From positions 16,368,001-16,432,000 of the forward strand of contig OZ059900.1 of the NCBI GenBank assembly GCA_964057225.1: a stretch of 64,000 nt of DNA, read 5' to 3'. A program made the position numbers and the translations under genes. This document shows positions 11,301 through 23,940 of this stretch, piece after piece. The stretch comes from Auanema rhodensis (lineage: Eukaryota > Animalia > Nematoda). A model generated the notes under the pieces. That model worked only from the letters and a program-made list of their open reading frames with translations, had not been told where the DNA came from and did no database searches. Positions within the stretch are counted from its first letter, which is position 1, and every line of letters begins with the position of its first letter.

Positions 11301-13338
11301 TAGCCATAAGGGGCGTGCCCTCAGAATATGCTAATTTCCTTAATTTTCTAACCCTTGTTTTTTTGTCGTGAAAGTGGAACTAGACGTTGTACGAACAATT
11401 TTGAGCTAGGTTTCATTGACATTGCATGAGTTTGAACACATGAAATCGTAAGTCAAAACCTTGTTTACAGCGAAATTTCCAAAAACTGGTTTTCCAGCAT
11501 AATAAAATATTTCTCATGGGAAATACTGTGTTTTTGTATTTTTCTAGTGTTCAGCATGTAAAATGCTTCATATTAGTATGTAACACGCTGAAATTCGTTG
11601 CATTTGACGACTCATATGAACAAAAATCGATTTAATCAATATTAGCCATAAGGGGCGTGCCCTCAGAATATGCTAATTTCCTTAATTTTCTAACCCCTGT
11701 TTTTTTGTCGTGAAAGTGGAACTAGACGTTGTACGAACAATTTTGAGCTAAGTTTCATTGACATTGCATGAGTTTGAACACATGAAATCGTAAGTCAAAA
11801 CCTTGTTTACAGCGAAATTTCCAAAAACTGGTTTTCCAGCATAATAAAATATTTCTCATGGGAAATACTGTGTTTTTGTTTTTTTCTAGTGTTCAGCATG
11901 TAAAATGCTTCATTTTAGTATGTAACACGCAGAAATTCGTTGCATTTGACGACTCATATGAACAAAAATCGATTTAATCAATATTAGCCATAAGGGGTGT
12001 GCCCTCAGAATATGCTAATTTCCTTAATTTTCTAACCCCTGTTTTTTTGTCGTGAAAGTGGAACTAGACGTTGTACGAACAATTTTGAGCTAGGTTTCAT
12101 TGACATTGCATGAGTTTGAACACATGAAATCGTAAGTCAAAACCTTGTTTACAGCGAAATTTCCAAAAACTGGTTTTCCAGCATAATAAAATATTTCTCA
12201 TGGGAAATACTGTGTTTTTGTATTTTTCTAGTGTTCAGCATGTAAAATGCTTCATTTTAGTATGTAACACGCTGAAATTCGTTGCATTTGACGACTCATA
12301 TGAACAAAAATCGATTTAATCAATATTAGCCATAAGGGGCGTGCCCTCAGAATATGCTAATTTCCTTAATTTTCTAACCCTTGTTTTTTTGTCGTGAAAG
12401 TGGAACTAGACGTTGTACGAACAATTTTGAGCTAGGTTTCATTGACATTGCATGAGTTTGAACACATGAAATCGTAAGTCAAAACCTTGTTTACAGCGAA
12501 ATTTCCAAAAACTGGTTTTCCAGCATAATAAAATATTTCTCATGGGAAATACTGTGTTTTTGTATTTTTCTAGTGTTCAGCATGTAAAATGCTTCATATT
12601 AGTATGTAACACGCTGAAATTCGTTGCATTTGACGACTCATATGAACAAAAATCGATTTAATCAATATTAGCCATAAGGGGCGTGCCCTCAGAATATGCT
12701 AATTTCCTTAATTTTCTAACCCCTGTTTTTTTGTCGTGAAAGTGGAACTAGACGTTGTACGAACAATTTTGAGCTAAGTTTCATTGACATTGCATGAGTT
12801 TGAACACATGAAATCGTAAGTCAAAACCTTGTTTACAGCGAAATTTCCAAAAACTGGTTTTCCAGCATAATAAAATATTTCTCATGGGAAATACTGTGTT
12901 TTTGTTTTTTTCTAGTGTTCAGCATGTAAAATGCTTCATTTTAGTATGTAACACGCTGAAATTCGTTGCATTTGACGACTCATATGAACAAAAATCGATT
13001 TAATCAATATTAGCCATAAGGGGTGTGCCCTCAGAATATGCTAATTTCCTTAATTTTCTAACCCCTGTTTTTTTGTCGTGAAAGTGGAACTAGACGTTGT
13101 ACGAACAATTTTGAGCTAGGTTTCATTGACATTGCATGAGTTTGAACACATGAAATCGTAAGTCAAAACCTTGTTTACAGCGAAATTTCCAAAAACTGGT
13201 TTTCCAGCATAATAAAATATTTCTCATGGGAAATACTGTGTTTTTGTATTTTTCTAGTGTTCAGCATGTAAAATGCTTCATATTAGTATGTAACACGCTG
13301 AAATTCGTTGCATTTGACGACTCATATGAACAAAAATC
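2395..13338. repeat. 9-monomer block duplicated 23 monomers apart (2395-5472 and 10261-13338)
   Basis: Same variant order in M8-M16 and M31-M39. It includes the rare monomer p123C/p252T/p259C/p325A, seen only at 2737 and 10603 (offset 7866 = 23x342). Confidence 0.85.
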
Positions 13339-15048
13339 GATTTAATCAATATTAGCCATAAGGGGCGTGCCCTCAGAATATGCTAATTTCCTTAATTTTC
13401 TAACCCCTGTTTTTTTGTCGTGAAAGTGGAACTAGACGTTGTACGAACAATTTTGAGCTAAGTTTCATTGACATTGCATGAGTTTGAACACATGAAATCG
13501 TAAGTCAAAACCTTGTTTACAGCGAAATTTCCAAAAACTGGTTTTCCAGCATAATAAAATATTTCTCATGGGAAATACTGTGTTTTTGTTTTTTTCTAGT
13601 GTTCAGCATGTAAAATGTTTCATTTTAGTATGTAACACGCTGAAATTCGTTGCATTTGACGACTCATATGAACAAAAATCGATTTAATCAATATTAGCCA
13701 TAAGGGGTGTGCCCTCAGAATATGCTAATTTCCTTAATTTTCTAACCCCTGTTTTTTTGTCGTGAAAGTGGAACTAGACGTTGTACGAACAATTTTGAGC
13801 TAGGTTTCATTGACATTGCATGAGTTTGAACACATGAAATCGTAAGTCAAAACCTTGTTTACAGCGAAATTTCCAAAAACTGGTTTTCCAGCATAATAAA
13901 ATATTTCTCATGGGAAATACTGTGTTTTTGTATTTTTCTAGTGTTCAGCATGTAAAATGCTTCATTTCAGTATGTAACACGCTGAAATTCGTTGCATTTG
14001 ACGACTCATATGAACAAAAATCGATTTAATCAATATTAGCCATAAGGGGCGTGCCCTCAGAATATGCTAATTTCCTTAATTTTCTAACCCTTGTTTTTTT
14101 GTCGTGAAAGTGGAACTAGACGTTGTACGAACAATTTTGAGCTAAGTTTCATTGACATTGCATGAGTTTGAACACATGAAATCGTAAGTCAAAACCTTGT
14201 TTACAGCGAAATTTCCAAAAACTGGTTTTCCAGCATAATAAAATATTTCTCATGGGAAATACTGTGTTTTTGTTTTTTTTTAGTGTTCAGCATGTAAAAT
14301 GCTTCATTTTAGTATGTAACACGCTGAAATTCGTTGCATTTGACGACTCATATGAACAAAAATCGATTTAATCAATATTAGCCATAAGGGGCGTGCCCTC
14401 AGAATATGCTAATTTCCTTAATTTTCTAACCCCTGTTTTTTTGTCGTGAAAGTGGAACTAGACGTTGTACGAACAATTTTGAGCTACGTTTCATTGACAT
14501 TGCATGAGTTTGAACACATGAAATCGTAAGTCAAAACCTTGTTTACAGCGAAATTTCCAAAAACTGGTTTTCCAGCATAATAAAATATTTCTCATGGGAA
14601 ATACTGTGTTTTTGTTTTTTTCTAGTGTTCAGCATGTAAAATGCTTCATTTTAGTATGTAACACGCTGAAATTCGTTGCATTTGACGACTCATATGAACA
14701 AAAATCGATTTAATCAATATTAGCCATAAAGGGTGTGCCCTCAGAATATGCTAATTTCCTTAATTTTCTAACCCCTGTTTTTTTGTCGTGAAAGTGGAAC
14801 TAGACGTTGTACGAACAATTTTGAGCTAGGTTTCATTGACATTGCATGAGTTTGAACACATGAAATCGTAAGTCAAAACCTTGTTTACAGCGAAATTTCC
14901 AAAAACTGGTTTTCCAGCATAATAAAATATTTCTCATGGGAAATACTGTGTTTTTGTATTTTTCTAGTGTTCAGCATGTAAAATGCTTCATTTTAGTATG
15001 TAACACGCTGAAATTCGTTGCATTTGACGACTCATATGAACAAAAATC

Positions 15049-18000
15049 GATTTAATCAATATTAGCCATAAGGGGCGTGCCCTCAGAATATGCTAATTTC
15101 CTTAATTTTCTAACCCCTGTTTTTTTGTCGTGAAAGTGGAACTAGACGTTGTACGAACAATTTTGAGCTAGGTTTCATTGACATTGCATGAGTTTGAACA
15201 CATGAAATCGTAAGTCAAAACCTTGTTTACAGCGAAATTTCCAAAAACTGGTTTTCCAGCATAATAAAATATTTTTCATGAGAAATACTGTGTTTTTGTA
15301 TTTTTCTAGTGTTCAGCATGTAAAATGCTTCATTTTAGTATGTAACACGCTGAAATTCGTTGCATTTGACGACTCATATGAACAAAAATCGATTTAATCA
15401 ATATTAGCCATAAGGGGCGTGCCCTCAGAATATGCTAATTTCCTTAATTTTCTAACCCCTGTTTTTTTGTCGTGAAAGTGGAACTAGACGTTGTACAAAC
15501 AATTTTGAGCTAGGTTTCATTGACATTGCATGAATTTGAACACATGAAATCGTAAGTCAAAACCTTGTTTACAGCGAAATTTCCAAAAACTGGTTTTCCA
15601 GCATAATAAAATATTTCTCATGGGAAATACTGTGTTTTTGTATTTTTCTAGTGTTCAGCATGTAAAATGCTTCATTTTGGTATGTAACACGCTGAAATTC
15701 GTTGCATTTGACGACTCATATGAACAAAAATCGATTTAATCAATATTAGCCATAAGGGGCGTGCCCTCAGAATATGCTAATTTCCTTAATTTTCTAACCC
15801 CTGTTTTTTTGTCGTGAAAGTGGAACTAGACGTTGTACGAACAATTTTGAGCTAGGTTTCATTGACATTGCATGAGTTTGAACACATGAAATCGTAAGTC
15901 AAAACCTTGTTTACAGCGAAATTTCCAAAAACTGGTTTTCCAGCATAATAAAATATTTCTCATGGGAAATACTGTGTTTTTGTATTTTTCTAGTGTTCAG
16001 CATGTAAAATGCTTCATTTTAGTATGTAACACGCTGAAATTCGTTGCATTTGACGACTCATATGAACAAAAATCGATTTAATCAATATTAGCCATAAGGG
16101 GCGTGCCCTCAGAATATGCTAATTTCCTTAATTTTCTAACCCCTGTTTTTTTGTCGTGAAAGTGGAACTAGGCGTTGTACGAACAATTTTGAGCTAGGTT
16201 TCATTGACATTGCATGAGTTTGAACACATGAAATCGTAAGTGAAAACCTTGTTTACAGCGAAATTTCCAAAAACTGGTTTTCCAGCATAATAAAATATTT
16301 CTCATGGGAAATACTGTGTTTTTGTATTTTTCTAGTGTTCAGCATGTAAAATGCTTCATATTAGTATGTAACACGCTGAAATTCGTTGCATTTGACGACT
16401 CATATGAACAAAAATCGATTTAATCAATATTAGCCATAAGGGGCGTGCCCTCAGAATATGCTAATTTCCTTAATTTTCTAACCCCTGTTTTTTTGTCGTG
16501 AAAGTGGAACTAGACGTTGTACGAACAATTTTGAGCTAAGTTTCATTGACATTGCATGAGTTTGAACACATGAAATCGTAAGTCAAAACCTTGTTTACAG
16601 CGAAATTTCCAAAAACTGGTTTTCCAGCATAATAAAATATTTCTCATGGGAAATACTGTGTTTTTGTATTTTTCTAGTGTTCAGCATGTAAAATGCTTCA
16701 TTTTAGTATGTAACACGCTGAAATTCGTTGCATTTGACGACTCATATGAACAAAAATCGATTTAATCAATATTAGCCATAAGGGGTGTGCCCTCAGAATA
16801 TGCTAATTTCCTCAATTTTCTAACCCCTGTTTTTTTGTCGTGAAAGTGGAACTAGACGTTGTACGAACAATTTTGAGCTAGGTTTCATTGACATTGCATG
16901 AGTTTGAACACATGAAATCGTAAGTCAAAACCTTGTTTACAGCGAAATTTCCAAAAACTGGTTTTCCAGCATAATAAAATATTTCTCATGGGAAATACTG
17001 TGTTTTTGTATTTTTCTAGTGTTCAGCATGTAAAATGCTTCATTTCAGTATGTAACACGCTGAAATTCGTTGCATTTGACGACTCATATGAACAAAAATC
17101 GATTTAATCAATATTAGCCATAAGGGGCGTGCCCTCAGAATATGCTAATTTCCTTAATTTTCTAACCCTTGTTTTTTTGTCGTGAAAGTGGAACTAGACG
17201 TTGTACGAACAATTTTGAGCTAAGTTTCATTGACATTGCATGAGTTTGAACACATGAAATCGTAAGTCAAAACCTTGTTTACAGCGAAATTTCCAAAAAC
17301 TGGTTTTCCAGCATAATAAAATATTTCTCATGGGAAATACTGTGTTTTTGTTTTTTTCTAGTGTTCAGCATGTAAAATGCTTCATTTTGGTATGTAACAC
17401 GCTGAAATTCGTTGCATTTGACGACTCATATGAACAAAAATCGATTTAATCAATATTAGCCATAAGGGGCGTGCCCTCAGAATATGCTAATTTCCTTAAT
17501 TTTCTAACCCCTGTTTTTTTGTCGTGAAAGTGGAACTAGGCGTTGTACGAACAATTTTGAGCTAGGTTTCATTGACATTGCATGAGTTTGAACACATGAA
17601 ATCGTAAGTGAAAACCTTGTTTACAGCGAAATTTCCAAAAACTGGTTTTCCAGCATAATAAAATATTTCTCATGGGAAATACTGTGTTTTTGTATTTTTC
17701 TAGTGTTCAGCATGTAAAATGCTTCATTTTAGTATGTAACACGCTGAAATTCGTTGCATTTGACGACTCATATGAACAAAAATCGATTTAATCAATATTA
17801 GCCATAAGGGGCGTGCCCTCAGAATATGCTAATTTCCTTAATTTTCTAACCCTTGTTTTTTTGTCGTGAAAGTGGAACTAGACGTTGTACGAACAATTTT
17901 GAGCTAGGTTTCATTGACATTGCATGAGTTTGAACACATGAAATCGTAAGTGAAAACCTTGTTTACAGCGAAATTTCCAAAAACTGGTTTTCCAGCATAA

Positions 18001-21000
18001 TAAAATATTTCTCATGGGAAATACTGTGTTTTTGTATTTTTCTAGTGTTCAGCATGTAAAATGCTTCATTTTAGTATGTAACACGCTGAAATTCGTTGCA
18101 TTTGACGACTCATATGAACAAAAATCGATTTAATCAATATTAGCCATAAGGGGTGTGCCCTCAGAATATGCTAATTTCCTTAATTTTCTAACCCCTGTTT
18201 TTTTGTCGTGAAAGTGGAACTAGACGTTGTACGAACAATTTTGAGCTACGTTTCATTGACATTGCATGAGTTTGAACACATGAAATCGTAAGTCAAAACC
18301 TTGTTTACAGCGAAATTTCCAAAAACTGGTTTTCCAGCATAATAAAATATTTCTCATGGGAAATACTGTGTTTTTGTTTTTTTCTAGTGTTCAGCATGTA
18401 AAATGCTTCATTTTAGTATGTAACACGCTGAAATTCGTTGCATTTGACGACTCATATGAACAAAAATCGATTTAATCAATATTAGCCATAAAGGGTGTGC
18501 CCTCAGAATATGCTAATTTCCTTAATTTTCTAACCCCTGTTTTTTTGTCGTGAAAGTGGAACTAGACGTTGTACGAACAATTTTGAGCTAGGTTTCATTG
18601 ACATTGCATGAGTTTGAACACATGAAATCGTAAGTCAAAACCTTGTTTACAGCGAAATTTCCAAAAACTGGTTTTCCAGCATAATAAAATATTTCTCATG
18701 GGAAATACTGTGTTTTTGTATTTTTCTAGTGTTCAGCATGTAAAATGCTTCATTTCAGTATGTAACACGCTGAAATTCGTTGCATTTGACGACTCATATG
18801 AACAAAAATCGATTTAATCAATATTAGCCATAAGGGGCGTGCCCTCAGAATATGCTAATTTCCTTAATTTTCTAACCCCTGTTTTTTTGTCGTGAAAGTG
18901 GAACTAGACGTTGTACGAACAATTTTGAGCTAGGTTTCATTGACATTGCATGAGTTTGAACACATGAAATCGTAAGTCAAAACCTTGTTTACAGCGAAAT
19001 TTCCAAAAACTGGTTTTCCAGCATAATAAAATATTTCTCATGGGAAATACTGTGTTTTTGTATTTTTCTAGTGTTCAGCATGTAAAATGCTTCATTTTAG
19101 TATGTAACACGCTGAAATTCGTTGCATTTGACGACTCATATGAACAAAAATCGATTTAATCAATATTAGCCATAAGGGGCGTGCCCTCAGAATATGCTAA
19201 TTTCCTTAATTTTCTAACCCCTGTTTTTTTGTCGTGAAAGTGGAACTAGACGTTGTACGAACAATTTTGAGCTAGGTTTCATTGACATTGCATGAGTTTG
19301 AACACATGAAATCGTAAGTCAAAACCTTGTTTACAGCGAAATTTCCAAAAACTGGTTTTCCAGCATAATAAAATATTTTTCATGAGAAATACTGTGTTTT
19401 TGTATTTTTCTAGTGTTCAGCATGTAAAATGCTTCATTTTAGTATGTAACACGCTGAAATTCGTTGCATTTGACGACTCATATGAACAAAAATCGATTTA
19501 ATCAATATTAGCCATAAGGGGCGTGCCCTCAGAATATGCTAATTTCCTTAATTTTCTAACCCCTGTTTTTTTGTCGTGAAAGTGGAACTAGACGTTGTAC
19601 AAACAATTTTGAGCTAGGTTTCATTGACATTGCATGAATTTGAACACATAAAATCGTAAGTCAAAACCTTGTTTACAGCGAAATTTCCAAAAACTGGTTT
19701 TCCAGCATAATAAAATATTTCTCATGGGAAATGCTGTGTTTTTGTATTTTTCTAGTGTTCAGCATGTAAAATGCTTCATTTTGGTATGTAACACGCTGAA
19801 ATTCGTTGCATTTGACGACTCATATGAACAAAAATCGATTTAATCAATATTAGCCATAAGGGGCGTGCCCTCAGAATATGCTAATTTCCTTAATTTTCTA
19901 ACCCCTGTTTTTTTGTCGTGAAAGTGGAACTAGACGTTGTACGAACAATTTTGAGCTAGGTTTCATTGACATTGCATGAGTTTGAACACATGAAATCGTA
20001 AGTCAAAACCTTGTTTACAGCGAAATTTCCAAAAACTGGTTTTCCAGCATAATAAAATATTTCTCATGGGAAATACTGTGTTTTTGTATTTTTCTAGTGT
20101 TCAGCATGTAAAATGCTTCATTTTAGTATGTAACACGCTGAAATTCGTTGCATTTGACGACTCATATGAACAAAAATCGATTTAATCAATATTAGCCATA
20201 AGGGGCGTGCCCTCAGAATATGCTAATTTCCTTAATTTTCTAACCCCTGTTTTTTTGTCGTGAAAGTGGAACTAGGCGTTGTACGAACAATTTTGAGCTA
20301 GGTTTCATTGACATTGCATGAGTTTGAACACATGAAATCGTAAGTGAAAACCTTGTTTACAGCGAAATTTCCAAAAACTGGTTTTCCAGCATAATAAAAT
20401 ATTTCTCATGGGAAATACTGTGTTTTTGTATTTTTCTAGTGTTCAGCATGTAAAATGCTTCATATTAGTATGTAACACGCTGAAATTCGTTGCATTTGAC
20501 GACTCATATGAACAAAAATCGATTTAATCAATATTAGCCATAAGGGGCGTGCCCTCAGAATATGCTAATTTCCTTAATTTTCTAACCCCTGTTTTTTTGT
20601 CGTGAAAGTGGAACTAGACGTTGTACGAACAATTTTGAGCTAAGTTTCATTGACATTGCATGAGTTTGAACACATGAAATCGTAAGTCAAAACCTTGTTT
20701 ACAGCGAAATTTCCAAAAACTGGTTTTCCAGCATAATAAAATATTTCTCATGGGAAATACTGTGTTTTTGTTTTTTTCTAGTGTTCAGCATGTAAAATGC
20801 TTCATTTTAGTATGTAACACGCTGAAATTCGTTGCATTTGACGACTCATATGAACAAAAATCGATTTAATCAATATTAGCCATAAGGGGTGTGCCCTCAG
20901 AATATGCTAATTTCCTCAATTTTCTAACCCCTGTTTTTTTGTCGTGAAAGTGGAACTAGACGTTGTACGAACAATTTTGAGCTAGGTTTCATTGACATTG

Positions 21001-23940
21001 CATGAGTTTGAACACATGAAATCGTAAGTCAAAACCTTGTTCACAGCGAAATTTCCAAAAACTGGTTTTCCAGCATAATAAAATATTTCTCATGGGAAAT
21101 ACTGTGTTTTTGTATTTTTCTAGTGTTCAGCATGTAAAATGCTTCATTTCAGTATGTAACACGCTGAAATTCGTTGCATTTGACGACTCATATGAACAAA
21201 AATCGATTTAATCAATATTAGCCATAAGGGGCGTGCCCTCAGAATATGCTAATTTCCTTAATTTTCTAACCCTTGTTTTTTTGTCGTGAAAGTGGAACTA
21301 GACGTTGTACGAACAATTTTGAGCTAAGTTTCATTGACATTGCATGAGTTTGAACACATGAAATCGTAAGTCAAAACCTTGTTTACAGCGAAATTTCCAA
21401 AAACTGGTTTTCCAGCATAATAAAATATTTCTCATGGGAAATACTGTGTTTTTGTTTTTTTCTAGTGTTCAGCATGTAAAATGCTTCATTTTGGTATGTA
21501 ACACGCTGAAATTCGTTGCATTTGACGACTCATATGAACAAAAATCGATTTAATCAATATTAGCCATAAGGGGCGTGCCCTCAGAATATGCTAATTTCCT
21601 TAATTTTCTAACCCCTGTTTTTTTGTCGTGAAAGTGGAACTAGGCGTTGTACGAACAATTTTGAGCTAGGTTTCATTGACATTGCATGAGTTTGAACACA
21701 TGAAATCGTAAGTGAAAACCTTGTTTACAGCGAAATTTCCAAAAACTGGTTTTCCAGCATAATAAAATATTTCTCATGGGAAATACTGTGTTTTTGTATT
21801 TTTCTAGTGTTCAGCATGTAAAATGCTTCATTTTAGTATGTAACACGCTGAAATTCGTTGCATTTGACGACTCATATGAACAAAAATCGATTTAATCAAT
21901 ATTAGCCATAAGGGGCGTGCCCTCAGAATATGCTAATTTCCTTAATTTTCTAACCCTTGTTTTTTTGTCGTGAAAGTGGAACTAGACGTTGTACGAACAA
22001 TTTTGAGCTAGGTTTCATTGACATTGCATGAGTTTGAACACATGAAATCGTAAGTGAAAACCTTGTTTACAGCGAAATTTCCAAAAACTGGTTTTCCAGC
22101 ATAATAAAATATTTCTCATGGGAAATACTGTGTTTTTGTATTTTTCTAGTGTTCAGCATGTAAAATGCTTCATATTAGTATGTAACACGCTGAAATTCGT
22201 TGCATTTGACGACTCATATGAACAAAAATCGATTTAATCAATATTAGCCATAAGGGGCGTGCCCTCAGAATATGCTAATTTCCTTAATTTTCTAACCCCT
22301 GTTTTTTTGTCGTGAAAGTGGAACTAGACGTTGTACGAACAATTTTGAGCTAAGTTTCATTGACATTGCATGAGTTTGAACACATGAAATCGTAAGTCAA
22401 AACCTTGTTTACAGCGAAATTTCCAAAAACTGGTTTTCCAGCATAATAAAATATTTCTCATGGGAAATACTGTGTTTTTGTTTTTTTCTAGTGTTCAGCA
22501 TGTAAAATGCTTCATTTTAGTATGTAACACGCTGAAATTCGTTGCATTTGACGACTCATATGAACAAAAATCGATTTAATCAATATTAGCCATAAGGGGT
22601 GTGCCCTCAGAATATGCTAATTTCCTTAATTTTCTAACCCTTGTTTTTTTGTCGTGAAAGTGGAACTAGACGTTGTACGAACAATTTTGAGCTAAGTTTC
22701 ATTGACATTGCATGAGTTTGAACACATGAAATCGTAAGTCAAAACCTTGTTTACAGCGAAATTTCCAAAAACTGGTTTTCCAGCATAATAAAATATTTCT
22801 CATGGGAAATACTGTGTTTTTGTTTTTTTCTAGTGTTCAGCATGTAAAATGCTTAATTTTAGTATGTAACACGCTGAAATTCGTTGCATTTGACGACTCA
22901 TATGAACAAAAATCGATTTAATCAATATTAGCCATAAGGGGCGTGCCCTCAGAATATGCTAATTTCCTTAATTTTCTAACCCCTGTTTTTTTGTCGTTAA
23001 AGTGGAACTAGACGTTGTACGAACAATTTTGAGCTAGGTTTCATTGACATTGCATGAGTTTGAACACATGAAATCGTAAGTCAAAACCTTGTTTACAGCG
23101 AAATTTCCAAAAACTGGTTTTCCAGCATAATAAAATATTTCTCATGGGAAATACTGTGTTTTTGTATTTTTCTAGTGTTCAGCATGTAAAATGCTTCATT
23201 TTAGTATGTAACACGCTGAAATTCGTTGCATTTGACGACTCATATGAACAAAAATCGATTTAATCAATATTAGCCATAAGGGGCGTGCCCTCAGAATATG
23301 CTAATTTCCTTAATTTTCTAACCCCTGTTTTTTTGTCGTGAAAGTGGAACTAGACGTTGTACGAACAATTTTGAGCTAGGTTTCATTGACATTGCATGAG
23401 TTTGAACACATGAAATCGTAAGTCAAAACCTTGTTTACAGCGAAATTTCCAAAAACTGGTTTTCCAGCATAATAAAATATTTTTCATGAGAAATACTGTG
23501 TTTTTGTATTTTTCTAGTGTTCAGCATGTAAAATGCTTCATTTTAGTATGTAACACGCTGAAATTCGTTGCATTTGACGACTCATATGAACAAAAATCGA
23601 TTTAATCAATATTAGCCATAAGGGGCGTGCCCTCAGAATATGCTAATTTCCTTAATTTTCTAACCCCTGTTTTTTTGTCGTGAAAGTGGAACTAGACGTT
23701 GTACAAACAATTTTGAGCTAGGTTTCATTGACATTGCATGAGTTTGAACACATGAAATCGTAAGTCAAAACCTTGTTTACAGCGAAATTTCCAAAAACTG
23801 GTTTTCCAGCATAATAAAATATTTCTCATGGGAAATACTGTGTTTTTGTTTTTTTCTAGTGTTCAGCATGTAGAATGCTTCATTTTAGTATGTAACACGC
23901 TGAAATTCGTTGCATTTGACGACTCATATGAACAAAAATC
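15049..23940. repeat. 12-monomer higher-order repeat (4104 bp), two copies plus the start of a degenerate third
   Basis: The p227T+p233A monomer starts at 15049, 19153 and 23257, each followed by a p107A monomer. p55C occurs only at 16759 and 20863, and p98G+p168G+p286A at 16075 and 20179. All offsets are 4104. Confidence 0.85.
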
